The notes under the pieces were generated by a model. The model was not told the origin of the DNA. It saw only the letters and a list, made by a program, of their open reading frames with translations, and made no database searches. The position numbers and the translations under genes are program-made. Shown in pieces: positions 13,520-26,177 of a stretch of DNA of 64,000 bases. Position 1 is the first letter of the stretch. The number at the start of each line of letters is the position of its first letter. Origin of the DNA: Octopus vulgaris (Eukaryota); NCBI GenBank assembly GCA_951406725.2, contig OX597824.1, forward strand, positions 61,132,001 through 61,196,000, given 5' to 3'.

Positions 13520-14720
13520 TCTTCTTAGACTGGTGAGACTGATGCTAGGTTAATGCTTCTGTTGAGGCTTTAACTAAACTCCTACGAAACAGATAAGAGC
13601 AGGGAGAGAACCCAGGTTAATGTGTGTGATAGTAGTGGTAGGGTAGATACCGGAAAGGTGACAGGAAGAGAAGTAAGTGGGATTGGAATGTCTAAGAGGT
13701 GATGGAAGTTCAAAACCAATAGGCTGTGAGGAGCAGAGGCCACTACAGTAGGTATAGAAAACTCAGAGACAGGAGACAGGCTGGGACCTGCATGTGAGTG
13801 GCTTTTGACCTTTTTCTGGATGTGGTCTATGTTTGCGTAGTGATACTGTCCTAGATGCTAGAGCAATATTCCCTTGTGGGCTTTACCTGAGCTTTATAGC
13901 ATATTAATAACTGATAGGGACTGAAAAATCTTCTGATCCTGATGAGACAGGCTTCTAGGTGGAATGTGATCCTAATTATGCAAAGAATGGTCTTTCACCA
14001 AGAGAGATCTTCAATGATAGTGAGACTCAACTACTGAAGACTCTTGCTAAGCGTTACTCATGACTAGTGGTGATATGGTGTGATGCTGTCTTCTTGATAT
14101 GAGCAGTGTCTGTATTAACTGGCATTCGAAAAAAAAACAGATTGGCATGGTGCTACCAGAAGATGTTTTCAAGGTCTGTGATCATGAAGTCAATGTGGGT
14201 TTGAAATGTGGTAACTAGATTGTGAGTGGATAAATCAAGGTTGAGGAATATTAGAGAATAAAGGAAAGTATCATCTGTGTAAAAGTAGGTGTTGTTGGAT
14301 GTAGTGGTAAGTAAAACATTGATGTACAGAAGGAAGAGAGTAGATGAATGGGTGACAAGACCAAATCCTAGAGCATGCCAGAGTTGATAAAGTTAGGGAC
14401 AGAAACAGTTTTGTCAACACAAACAGTAATGGTGTGCTCTGATAAGAAGTTACTTATTCAAGAAATGAGATGAGAGTGGAGTCCATTGGCAGGAAGTTTC
14501 AAGTGGTGATTCATATCCCATGTACAGTTGAAAGCTCTACTGATGTCATGGGTAGCAATATTGTTTTTACTAAATTACTCCAAAGCAAGAGCCCATCAGT
14601 GGGTAACAGACGAGTATAGATCACCAGTAGATCTGGCTTTATACAAACCGTACAGGTGATCCTTAAGGTGAGTGAGAGAGAAATTTAAGGTATTGGAAGA
14701 TGTTAATGGTTGTCTCCATT
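13520..14720 (-). mobile_element. Decayed CR1-group LINE reverse transcriptase
   Basis: Degenerate RT motifs in the expected order: DHLYGLYKARSTGDL (QYGFR..RST), THDISRAFNCTW (LDISKAFDRVW), STLFLLYIN, YFYTDDT (YADD). Confidence 0.75.
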
Positions 14721-15109
14721 ACGTCAGCGATATAGAAGTGAATACTTTAGGACAATACTAGGCAGAGTCAGAGGGGTTGGTTCCGTTGAGAATGGGACAC
14801 ACTGTGGTATGTTTCCAAAAGTCAGAACAGATCTCAGTAGAAAAGGAGAGACTAAAGAGTTAGGTCTAGCAAGATTGTAGAGATGCTTGAATGGAGATGT
14901 GTTGATGTATGTTGCATACAAGATGTAAGGTGGAGATAAACTTCAGCCAGAGTCCTCACAGGCAAATCACATAGGTATAAACTCTTCTGAGAAGGTAATA
15001 GTGATGGAATACTAAGTCTTGAGGTTGATTTTTCAACTAAAAAACCCTTTAAGGCAGTACTTGAGCATGGCTGCAGTCAACTGACTGAAACAAGTAAATG
15101 AATAATAGA

Positions 15110-15145
<36 letters not shown>

Positions 15146-15149
<4 letters not shown>

Positions 15150-15700
15150 ATGAATTGAAGAAATAGTTGAACGAAGATTATTTATTGCATTTATTTCGAA
15201 AGGCACAATTTACCAAATTCCGATTGAATAATGAGACCATATTGTGTCTTTCTCTTCAGGAAGAAATTGAAATATTGAAAAACAAAAACAAACAGAGGCG
15301 GAGCAAACAAATCGAAAACAGTTTGGCCATGGGCTCTTAGGAGCCTCGTTCGATTTGTTTTGTTCCGCCTCTGTTCTGTTTTTGTTTTTTCCAACGGATT
15401 TCCTATTTCTTCCTGAAGAGAAAGACACAATATGGTCTCATTATTCAATCGGAATTTGGTAAATTGTGCCTTTCGAAACATGTGTAGAATGCAATAAAAC
15501 GATTTCTGTTCAATCTTCGTTCAACTCCATTTCTTCAATTCACTAATAATATTAAAATTCAATTATCCGCACCAACGCACGGTTGCAACACCATATGGTT
15601 GTACCTCCAACCGTGCTGTCTTCTGCTGTGATTTTTGCTACCAAGGTATCGGTTAAACTTTTGATTAATCTGCAACAAGATTATTCATCTTTCTATTTCA

Positions 15701-15702
<2 letters not shown>
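15146..15702. repeat. Fold-back element inserted in (TA)n; ~400-bp palindrome with a perfect 74-bp stem; TGT...ACA ends (possible solo LTR)
   Basis: 15194-15267 is the exact reverse complement of 15405-15478; imperfect arms span about 15151-15542. Confidence 0.8.
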
Positions 15703-15739
<37 letters not shown>

Positions 15740-15998
15740 CATACATTCATTCATTCATTCTTGTTCACATAACATCTATACATATGTTATGTGAATGATA
15801 ATATTTTGAAAACAAGTGTTTAATATTTCATTCCATATATATATATTTATATGTGTGCATGAGTGAAACTGAAAAACTAAATACAATTTACAATAAAAAT
15901 TTGAATGTTGTTCACTTGCTTTAGTGTCTCTGTCACCCACTCTCACTTTGTTCCTTCATTCCCCAGTATGACTGATGGGACACATTGTGTTTTGTTAC

Positions 15999-16034
<36 letters not shown>

Positions 16035-16035
<1 letters not shown>

Positions 16036-16612
16036 AAGTAATGTTTGTTGGTGCTTCAACATGGGTGTTTCATACAGAACAACATTACTACTTTTTTTTA
16101 GCCCAGAACACCTCCTCCAGCTGGTTAATGACACAACCTATGTCTGATATATTGAGAGCAGGGGAGTGAATCCCTACCATATAGCGATTTGACAAGACCA
16201 GTAGACCAACCTGGTTTCAGGCTATTTGCCCTTTTTCAGTACTGTTATCTGCACCAAGCAATGTTTAGGCATAAGCAAACTTTAGATTAGTTAAACTGTG
16301 TTTGTGACACACTTCAACTTCTAAAGGCAAATTCACTGCAATAACCATGGAGAAAATACCCTCTATTATGGTAAAAGGTATAAAAACATCATATCTGCTC
16401 AGTGTTGATTCTCAGATGCAGTGTGTCATGCTCTCTAGTCATTATCAATGGGAAATACTGAAGAGAGTTAACTCTGGGCAGATTTAAAGCCATAACATTA
16501 ACTGAAGCACAGTAAACAACATTGACTGAATTGTTATTAGTCCACCCGGTTAGGAAAAATTCAGCAGTATCAACACCAAGTAGTGTTTAAGCATAAGTGA
16601 ACTTTAGGTTAG
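16035..16612 (-). mobile_element. Penelope-like or retrozyme-like non-autonomous element carrying a hammerhead
   Basis: Bounded by microsatellites; ~40-bp direct repeat at 16252-16290 and 16574-16612; contains the hammerhead fold at 16199-16244. Confidence 0.5.
16199..16244 (-). ncRNA. Minimal type I hammerhead ribozyme fold (probably inactivated by G8A)
   Basis: Minus strand reads CAGTA-CTGAAAA-A-GGGC-AAATA-GCCT-GAAA-CCA-GGT-TGG-TC-TACTG: stems I, II and III pair, with a GAAA box and GUC cleavage triplet; CUGANGA carries one substitution. Confidence 0.7.
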
Positions 16613-17154
16613 ACACACACATATATATATTTGAAGTTCAGGCTTCACTCCATTGCTACTTTTTAATGTTCAAACAAACTGAAAAAAGAAAACAATTTTT
16701 CAATTGATTAACAGTGTTTTAATTACTTACCTAACTTGAAATTCTCTTTGACAAATCTATCAGCCATTAACATTAAATTAAGAAGTTTCACAACCTTTTT
16801 TTAAAAACAGTAATCTCATTATTCTTCAAGGGAGTTTCTTATGATTTTATGCTTTTGATTTTATTTAACAACTGCAACAAGGATACTAAAAGCTGCAAAT
16901 AATCCTTTTCGGAGCAAAGACCAAAACTAGTTTCTTGAAGACAGCAGTGAGTTTACCTATATCACAAATGGAACTCAAGTTCTTGTTGTATTTATTTTTT
17001 TTTACTTCTTTCCAAACATTGTTTTAAATGACCTTCATTAATAGTTAATATACAGAATCACTTGGACACAGGTATATTCACAAACTCTGTATTGTTTTAC
17101 CTACATTGCTTGACAATTTCTTCAAAACTCCTCCAGAAGACCTACAGTATAGAG

Positions 17155-17439
17155 CAGTAGTTCTCAACTGGGTCCATATAACCTCTTGTGGACCATATAA
17201 AATTTTGTGGGGTCTGCATAAACAAGATAAGCAAATTTTGCTTTAGCTGTATTTATTACAAGAAACGGCTAGGTTTCTTTCTCTGATGTTTAAACAGTTC
17301 AACTGACTCAAGCTAATGCGTAATAGACAAAATAAAAATTTTGAAAGTATCTATAAAACGAGTTTTTAAACATTGAATGGCTATGAGGGTCCACCAGGAA
17401 AAAAGGGGTCCATAAGTAAAAAATAGTTGAGAATCACTG
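17155..17439. mobile_element. hAT (Charlie-type) MITE
   Basis: TIRs CAGTAGTTCTCAACT / AGTTGAGAATCACTG; degenerate 8-bp TSD GTATAGAG / CTACAGAG. Confidence 0.75.
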
Positions 17440-18009
17440 CTACAGAGAAATTGAATCAAACATCTGGTTGTAACCTGCATATCTAGCTACTAACTTGTTG
17501 AGAGCTATACTGCATATACAGTAGTTTATAGTATGGGTCAGTGCAAAAAACAGGAGATATTGGATAGCCTTCATTTTCTATTCCTAAATGCCTGTAGGTT
17601 TCTGGTGGCAACATCAGTAAAGGTAGACTTGGACAATACATGAATGTTGTATTTCTGCTTTTATCTCTATAGATGTGCATTCCAGTACAGTCTTTAAGAC
17701 TAATTTTTCAGCTGCTACTGTTTAGATGTATCTAAACTGAGTAGGTGCAATAGTGTCCTTACAATGGTGTTATGTCTCAAGCATTTGAAGGAGACCGAAC
17801 ATGTAATATCACAACCTGTATAGGTTGAAGCTTGTAATGCCAGTGACTATATTTCTCTCCCCTCTCACATACTGAGGTAATCAAATATTTCACTACAAAA
17901 ACTTTTGTTTCATAGTCCATGTATCTGCACTCACATTTCTCTGTTGAGAATACTTCATATATTATATATTCTGAAATATGAGAAATGAGCTTGTCAAAAT
18001 AATGAGAAA

Positions 18010-19360
18010 CTAGCTGGACCCGTGAGGAAAATTCATGGATAATTAAAATATCATTCAATGAATAGATATTTGATCAAAATTGTTTAATTTGCACTATTTT
18101 GGTTAATGAAAAATTCTATAATCCTTTATGTTATATTTATTAATAAGTATATATTAAATACATCCATTACACCACTTCCCTATACACAAGGTATCTAGTG
18201 TAGGTGATTCCCTTCTGCAACCGCGAGTGGATGCGTTTTCAGGCATCACTTTAAACCTCACACTGTTCATCACCCTTGCTCTTGAAAAGGCTATGTAAAG
18301 CCGGCCATGAGTGAAGCATGGCTGTAGCAAGTGTATGTCAACTCTATTGAATGTTTGCCCCTCTGCTTTATTGTCATAGAATAGGACAGATGAACCAGGA
18401 ACTGGGTCCAATGCAGAATGAATGGAATGTTTGCATTGCTTGGAGTAAGTTTGATTCTTGGAATCAGTACTCCGGTGTGAGAATGAGATCCACTTATAAT
18501 TGATGCTTCGATGCTATGCTCATGAAGCTGAAGTACTTACAAGCAAGTTCCATTGCACAGACCTTGTATTATAGAGAGGTTTCTAAGAAGTATAATAATT
18601 ACTCCAACTTTAAAGTTAAGGTGATGGGGAGGCATTCCAGGTGTAAAAGTGTTTATAAACTCCAATGAGATAATTCTAGGCGTCTTCGTTATCAGAAGTT
18701 ACTAAGTCAATGCTTAGATTTGTCTTAGTTTCAGTGGGCAATCTACTTAAAATTTCATTTGCTGCTAAGCAGTCTGAATTTTTAGGGGATAAGATCACTA
18801 TTTTTCATTTCTTCTGCTGTACAATTGTCAAATATATCAGATACAAAAGAATTGTTACACATGCATGCCTCAGGAATATCAACAGTATCTTCTGCGAGAT
18901 TATCAAGAGAACTTTGAAGAAATTCACTTCCAAGTTGTAGTAACCACCTTGAAAAATCTTGTTCATTTGCATTTGTTCTTGTTTTGCGCAAGTTACATTT
19001 GATGAAAATTATCTCACACAGAGGAGCGTTTGAGGCAGGAATCAAGTACAGCTTCTGGAGGAGCTCTGGGAACAACTGAAAGAACTTGTCTAAAATCTCC
19101 TCCTAGTACGATAATTTTAATACAATCTCTTTTATATCTCTTAAACAATTATCTATAGCTTTCAAAGCATAAACTGGTATCATTGAAGCTTTGTCAGTAA
19201 TGAAAACTTTTACTCTTCTAAGAATGTTTCCTTGATCAAAATTTGGAACATTGCACACACTTGTTTCACTCAAAGGAACTGGAAGCTTGGATATACAGTG
19301 AAGAGTTTTAACACCTTTCAAGCATTGCAAGCAATGCCAGTTCAGAAGCTAAGGGAAATA
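18010..19360 (-). mobile_element. Helitron remnant: frameshifted PIF1-like helicase domain plus intact 3' terminus
   Basis: Helicase motifs TGIA..KGVKTLHCISKLPVPL, VFITDKASM, and GQTFNRVDIHLLQPCFTHGRLYIAFSRAR; 3' hairpin CCATGA-ATTTTCC-TCACGG followed by CTAG|T at 18010-18013. Confidence 0.85.
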
Positions 19361-20160
19361 ACTCGAATTTAATCATGACTTAACTATCTTAGCCTGACAA
19401 ACACCGGCGGTACAAGCGCATATACAGATGCCAGGTTTTTTTTTTTTTTTTTTTTTTTTGAGTGACAATAAGGTTGGTAGTGCAGGACTTGATTTCATAT
19501 CCTTGCAATACTTAACAATTCATCAGAATGATGCATGAAATGAGATGTATGGTTAGTATTAGGATTTGAAGGCCAAAGTTTGATAATGTGGCAATCATTT
19601 AAATACAAAACATGCTGAAGTGAATGAAATGTATTTGATTACATCCAATCTAGTTGATATCCATGCCAGCATGGAACACATATTATTAAATGATGTTGAC
19701 AATATAAATCATATATATCTTTTAAATACCTTCCTTTAATGGAGTTCCTAGCAGCTGAGTCAATAAATGTAGTCTTACTGACCAAATTTTTCACATTTCC
19801 CATCATCAGCAATATGATGTGGCTCAATCTTCATAATACAAAAGTTATAGAATTATTCAGCTCACAGTGGGGACACTGCACAACTGACAAGAGTTTTGTT
19901 AGGTATAGCTCTAAGTTCAAGTCTCCCCATACATCTATCTTGAAGAAGGATGTCTGGTTTCTGCAGGCCAACTTTGTGTAGATACAGTGAAATAGATGAG
20001 GAACTACTGCAATGACTCAATGACAAATGGGACATACTATTACCTCAGGGCACCATCACATATTTAAGTTCTTGGCATACTAATACTGAGGCTCCAGTCA
20101 CAAGTTGGCACCAAATTATATCAGTGTTCTTTGGAAATTTATGATGTGCACACTACTTGC

Positions 20161-20835
20161 GTTCCAGCAGATTCAAACATGAATATGCTAACTGCTGCCG
20201 TATTTTTGTCTATGGAGAACAATTTCTCCTCAGATGATGTGTGTTCACAAAATACTTGAATCATTAATATAAGGGCACATTGACACATCACATTATTTTG
20301 ACCAGGTTGTGTTTCTTCTGTCAAAGCTATCCCTAAATCATTGAATCTAAGCAAGGGCTGTGGTTCTTGATTATAGAAATCAGAAAATTATTTGCTGCTG
20401 TGTGCAGGTGATAGCAAATTATTTACTGATTTCTATAAACAAGAACCACAATCCTTGTTCAACACTTTAGTATCTAAACCAGTCATATCTGGTCAAAATA
20501 TTCTGCTTTATGTTGAAACTGGCCTGATCTGGCCTCTCACACCTACCTTTTAATGCCATTGTAAAAATAGGCAATCACATCATCAAAATTATGAAGCTGT
20601 GAAATAATGTAGAATTAATTCAAAACAAAGTGAAAATATAAGCATAAACTTTGACAGAGTGACCCAAATGCTAAAGCATTAAGATTCACTGACCCAAGGG
20701 TAGCCTTGATTGAAAAGACACAACCTGGTCCTCAATGAATCAAGTGTATTATCACAGATCATCTGAAAGGAAAAGTTGTTCTTCACAGATAGAATAAACA
20801 GTGATTAGCATATTCCTGTTTGAATCTGCTGAAAC
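20161..20835. repeat. Old long inverted repeat interrupted by a piggyBac-type MITE (about 20460-20682)
   Basis: 20352-20396 pairs with 20413-20457; 20161-20350 pairs with about 20680-20835. Confidence 0.75.
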
Positions 20836-23730
20836 ATTAAGAATGAAGATGAACATCCCTTTGTTGATTTAAATATATTTCTTTTCTTACTGTAAATATG
20901 AAACCTGCTGAAGTGAACCAGTTTTACCATATTTGGATAGAATATAAAGAAGTGTTATCAAGTTCATCATTCATCAAGTTTAAGTTTAAATACACTGCAG
21001 CTGTTTTGCTGATCGTTAGATCAGCTCAATTCATACAGCTATTGTTACTGGTGACAATAGCCTTCAATTTAGAATATGATTCCTTTAATGTTCTGAAACC
21101 CAAGGTACATTTTTTATGAACACTGAATATTGAGTCAACAACTATTTCTAGTTAAAAAAGAAGTCTTTATTAAATGGAATTACATATTGGATACTAAAAG
21201 AAGTCAGCAATTTTAAGCTCATTAACGAGACCAACAAAAAAAAAAAAAAACCAAACTTTAGAATGCAACAATTGTAAAGAGCTGGTAAGTATTTGAGAAA
21301 TTGATCTCTCAGAGAGAGAAAAACAATAATTTAAAAAAAAAAACACATAACAAATGGAATCCTTGTGAAATAAGAAAGAAATGGAGTTAAATTTTCAAAC
21401 CAAAATTGAGAAAGAAAAAAGAACTTAGGATCATTGTCAAAAGCTAAATTATGAAATGTTTGTAGGTATGAGATTATTCAGGTACCTAGTGGATATTGGC
21501 ATTATTTTCCTTTTGTTGTTGGTTTGTTAATAATTCAGGAGCTACTCAATATTTCCTAATTAAAATTTTTCCATAAAGAAATTCTAACCTAAAATTAATC
21601 TAATTGCTTTTTCTGCAAGGAAATTAGAAACATCCTATATGTTATTAGTAGGAAATTATTAATAATAATAAAATGAAGGAATGACTAAAAGATGGAATGT
21701 CTTAGAAATACAATGAACTTGAAGAATATTGCATTCATTAATGACCATTTTAAGCTCAAGCAAATTTCTCAAGTTTGGATTTTACAGGACAGAAAATAAT
21801 TTTAAACATTAATTTTCATAGAATTCCTTGAGATTCCAAATGTAATTTCCAAAAGTAGAGATTACCTTCTAAAGGAATCAATCTGAGTTACTGAACAGAT
21901 CTAATACATTCAGCTGAAGAATATGGTAAAAGTGTCAAACCAGCAAGTAATTTGGATACCTGAGCTAGCTACATCAAAGTTCATACTGTGAAGAATTAAC
22001 AAGGCATAACTAAATATAAACACCTTTAACCTAAATTCTAACAAGTTACTCCATCCGTTTCTCAGTGTAAGCAATCCCATATTCTAGCCAGTTAATACAG
22101 CAGACGATGCTGCCTCTGTGTCACCAGATATATATATACACATATATATATACACACATATATATATATATAACAAGATGCAAGTTATTCACAACTCTAG
22201 ATATCTCAAAACTACATAACTGAGCATTAGAAATATATCAGGCATTTTTTTTTCATTCTTTTTAGTGAAGATTGTTTCCTAATTCTTATTTGTGTTACAA
22301 GAGTAACTTGACAGGTAAAAAACCTTGACTGCTAGAAACTAGGAAAATTATTTTGCTATTCTAAATTACTTTTATTCAATTACATACATTACCATTAGAA
22401 TAAAGAATGACAGAATTGCTATGCTTACATGTTTATCATATATATAGAATATACCTGGTATGGAATAGAGAAAACCACACATGTTGGGTAGAGTAAATAT
22501 GTGGCTGCTTGTATTAAATTTTAATTATGTAATTGAGTTCTTTTCATTATTGATTATTACAGTGTTATAGCATTGGGATATATCTATACACACACAAATA
22601 TGTATGTATACATATATGTATATAAAAACACACACACACACACATCATAATACAGGTAATCCTTACCATATGAAGGTATTTGTAAACCAACGAAATATTC
22701 AACACTTTTGATGGTAAAGCATTTTTTTATATTTCATCCAGAGAACAGCAGAGTCATGTCCAGATTAACCAGAGTACAAAGCATAACTGTGAGACAGTTT
22801 ATATGCTAATGAACCGAGACAGGGCTGTGCCATTCTCTTGATGGAAGCATCTTGCAAGTTGTGTATATATTATATATATACACACACACACAAAGGACAA
22901 GGTTGAAAATTACTTCAAAATTTCCACTTGCTCACTTTTGTCAGACAATCTGCCAATGGCAAGCAGGCCAAAACTTTAAAGCAACAATCAACCTTTCCTC
23001 TGCAAAAGTATAATAAACATGCATTCTGTGTGGCCTTGTTTGAAAGTTAGAGGTCTATTATTATAAACGCTTAGAAGTAACCAGCATCAGATGGATGTAG
23101 CTTATAAAAGAGACACAATGAAATTATAAAAGATATGGAAGATAACCGAAAACTAAAACTAATTTTTCTGTATAATTTTCCTTTCAAATATATAACTAAT
23201 TCTGAGATTTTTGAGTGGTTTTTCTTTCCCTTTTTTCGCAATAATTTACTAAAATATTTAAAGAAAAAAGAAATGAAAACAATAAGTCTGATTTTTCTCC
23301 ATTATTTCTAAGTAGTATATATTATTAAAGCATCTTTAAGATAGAGGAAAGACACAAAGAAAAGTAGAACATCACTGTTAACCTTGTTAAAGCTTGTTTT
23401 AACCAAAGAAGAATAGGCAGCTTACAATAATGCCAGTATATTTTTTATATATATATATATATATATATACAATATGACCTCAATATTTGCTGTTTGAGGA
23501 TAGTTATTTTAAAGAGCTAATCTTCCAATGGCCATTGATTAGAACATACAAGTTTGGAGTCTCTTCAGAACAGATGATGGAGAGGTCAGTCAGTTTTTTT
23601 GTACTAACAGATTAATTCTACAACTTAGCAGTGTGTGTATGTATATATATGTATGTATATATATATATACACTTTACAAAAAAAAAGTGATAAAAGTGCA
23701 GAATATTGTGATGTTAAACAGAAATTAACG

Positions 23731-23862
23731 TCACTGAATGGTAAGAGCAGCAGATGCATAACTAACTGACGAATCACGAATGTGTTTCACTTGGCTGGAC
23801 TGAGCATATTTTAGAAACTTCATGTTAAAGTTGTGACCAATTTCTTGAATGCTTTCAATTGC
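23731..23862 (-). CDS. MEMO1: MEMO1 exon 9 (last): AIESIQEIGHNFNMKFLKYAQSSQVKHIRDSSVSYASAALTIQ*
   Basis: Conserved YAQSS..DSSVSYA C-terminus; acceptor ttccattgcag; TGA at 23731-23733. Confidence 0.97.
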   Translation of the reverse strand, partial: AIESIQEIGHNFNMKFLKYAQSSQVKHIRDSSVSYASAALTIQ

Positions 23863-24780
23863 CTGCAATGGAAAAAGAATATTAAATAATTAGAAAATAT
23901 ATACTATCTATTAATTGTTGTGTAGATGAACTAGTAAATGTGATATTAAGAAAAAGACATATAAATACCAGCAGACCAACTTACAAAAGAGCTGAGTTCA
24001 TGTTTTTGTAACTCTCATTTGAAAACATATTACTTGAAAATATAAGAGACAATCATAAACATTACCAAATCTACAAGATTAAAACCTTACAGCTAACATA
24101 CAACTATGTGCCAACACTAAGCTATGTGCTAATACAGGAGATTACTTGCTCCATTTTACAAGTATGTATTCAGCTTTTACCTCATCCAAACCAGAGTGTG
24201 AGTGAAATGTTTTCAAATATAAATATTTATATATATATCAAACAGAACAGCTTGTCTACGGTGACAACACTGCTCAAGAAACTGCTTTCACTAGTAGTCC
24301 AATACCAAGTTCACCATTAGATTGGATATAGTATTGTAAGAGAGAGAGAGAGAGTTGGTAGCATCAAATTAGATAAAGTATGGTGAGATAGATATGATGA
24401 TGATAATAGATCAAATATGATATAGCAGAATATAGAGAGATGGCAATATTAGATTAGAGACAATGTGGTGTAATATAGAGATGGCAACATTCTAGTTAGG
24501 GTTGATGGAACATAATTTTAAATTAGTTTATAGAGCTGAGATTTTCTGATACTGAAAAGTAAAATTTAACCAATTGAAACAAAAACCACCATTTAAGACA
24601 TACAGCTGCAACAGATCATTAATGGCTACCTGACTGGGTTCATTTTGTTTCCTGTGATATTTGTTTTTCATGCTGGCATGTGCTAGACAAAGACTTGCGC
24701 AGGCAGTGATTTAGTCAAATGCCCTTCCTGCTACAAAGACAAGGACTATAAACATTCACATACACACATCATTTATGTTA

Positions 24781-25184
24781 TACTCTTTTTACTCTTTTAC
24801 TTGTTTCAGTCATTTGACTGCGGCTATGCTGGAGCACCGCCTTTAATTGAGCAACTCGACCCCGGGACTTATTCTTTTGTAAGCCCAGTACTTATTCTAT
24901 CGGTCTCTTTTGCCGAACCGCTAAGTAACGGGGACATAAACACACCAGCATCGGTTGTCAAGCAATGCTAAGGGGACAAACACGGACACACAAACACACA
25001 TGCATATATATACATATATACGACGGGCTTCTTTTCAGTTTCCGTCTACCAAATCCACTCACAAGGCTTTGGTCGGCCCGAGGCTATAGTAGAAGACACT
25101 TGCCCTAGGTGCCACGCAGTGGGACTGAACCCGGAACCATGTGGTTGGTAAACAAACTACTTACCACTCAGCCACTCCTGCGCC
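24781..25184 (-). mobile_element. Near full-length tRNA-derived SINE, family B (resembles octopus OR-type SINEs)
   Basis: Head GGCGCAGGAGTGGCTG..GGTTCAGTCCC, CORE-like GGGCAAGTGTCTT, (AAAAGAGT)n tail; CpGs retained, so a young copy. Confidence 0.85.
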
Positions 25185-26072
25185 TATCATTATTTAACAC
25201 TTGCCTTCCATGCCAATATAGGTTGGATTTGATAAGTCAGAGGACTTCATTGAGCTCCAATGTCTGCTTTGATATGATTTCCACAGCTAGATGCCCTTCC
25301 AGTGCCAACCAGTTTACTGAGTGTCCTAGATTGTGAACTTACCTGTTCCCCTGTCCTTATTCCCTATAATCTCTTTCTGTCTCCATCCCTCTCACATTCA
25401 CAATCTTGTACCTTGAGGTACAAACTCATCACCACCATCTCTTCTTTTCCAGCATGGGTACTCCTCTACAGTAAGACACCTGTTTCTACTCCTCAGAACA
25501 TCTGGCACGAGCCACATCCCTCAATGCTACACTCACTGTCAAACAAGGGGGTCTTATCTTGCAAACTACTTGGCAACCTGGCTAATACCAGTGACATGAA
25601 AAAGCACCCAGCTCACCATGTGAAAAGGTTGATATTAGGAAGGACATCCAGCCTTAGAAACTATACCAAAACAGACATTAGAACTCAACACAGTCCTCTG
25701 ACCAATCAGTTCCTGTCAAACCATCCAAACCATGCCAGCACAGAATACAGGTGATAAATGGCGATTATATACATATTTATACACACAAATACAGACATAC
25801 GTACACCATATACACACACAACCAGTTTCCTTCACAAAGCATTGTCAGTCAAAGACTATAGTAAAAAAACATTTTGCCAAAATGGCACAGTCCAACAGAT
25901 ACGAGAATATTAGCTGTTGGTGCTATAAATGTGAGATTTGAGAAGCTTTTTGTTTGTGTAACATCCCACTGATGAGGCACTAACTCCTTGGTTGTGATAA
26001 AGCTGTTTGAAGCAAACTGACATTTAACAAAGGGTACTAATATTTTGTTTTCAAGACTTTCTGTATACTCAC

Positions 26073-26177
26073 ATGAAGCAGAACCATGATTGGATGCCGA
26101 CCACATATAGTGTTCTGATATTGTTGCAGATATTCTGAAAATGCTTTAGCATCCATCCTTTCAATAATAGACATTCC
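26073..26177 (-). CDS. MEMO1: MEMO1 exon 8: [35 protein letters not shown]
   Basis: NTICGRHPI motif; cag/gtgagt boundaries; 105 nt. Confidence 0.97.

Noticed and set aside
19460-20140. Coding-looking fragments on both strands
   Set aside because: No recognisable motif, no consistent frame and no splice structure.
24781-25184. tRNA genes suggested by A/B boxes
   Set aside because: These are SINE heads that run into SINE cores; no cloverleaf.
25969-26010. CTGATGAG hammerhead-like core
   Set aside because: No stem II followed by GAAA.
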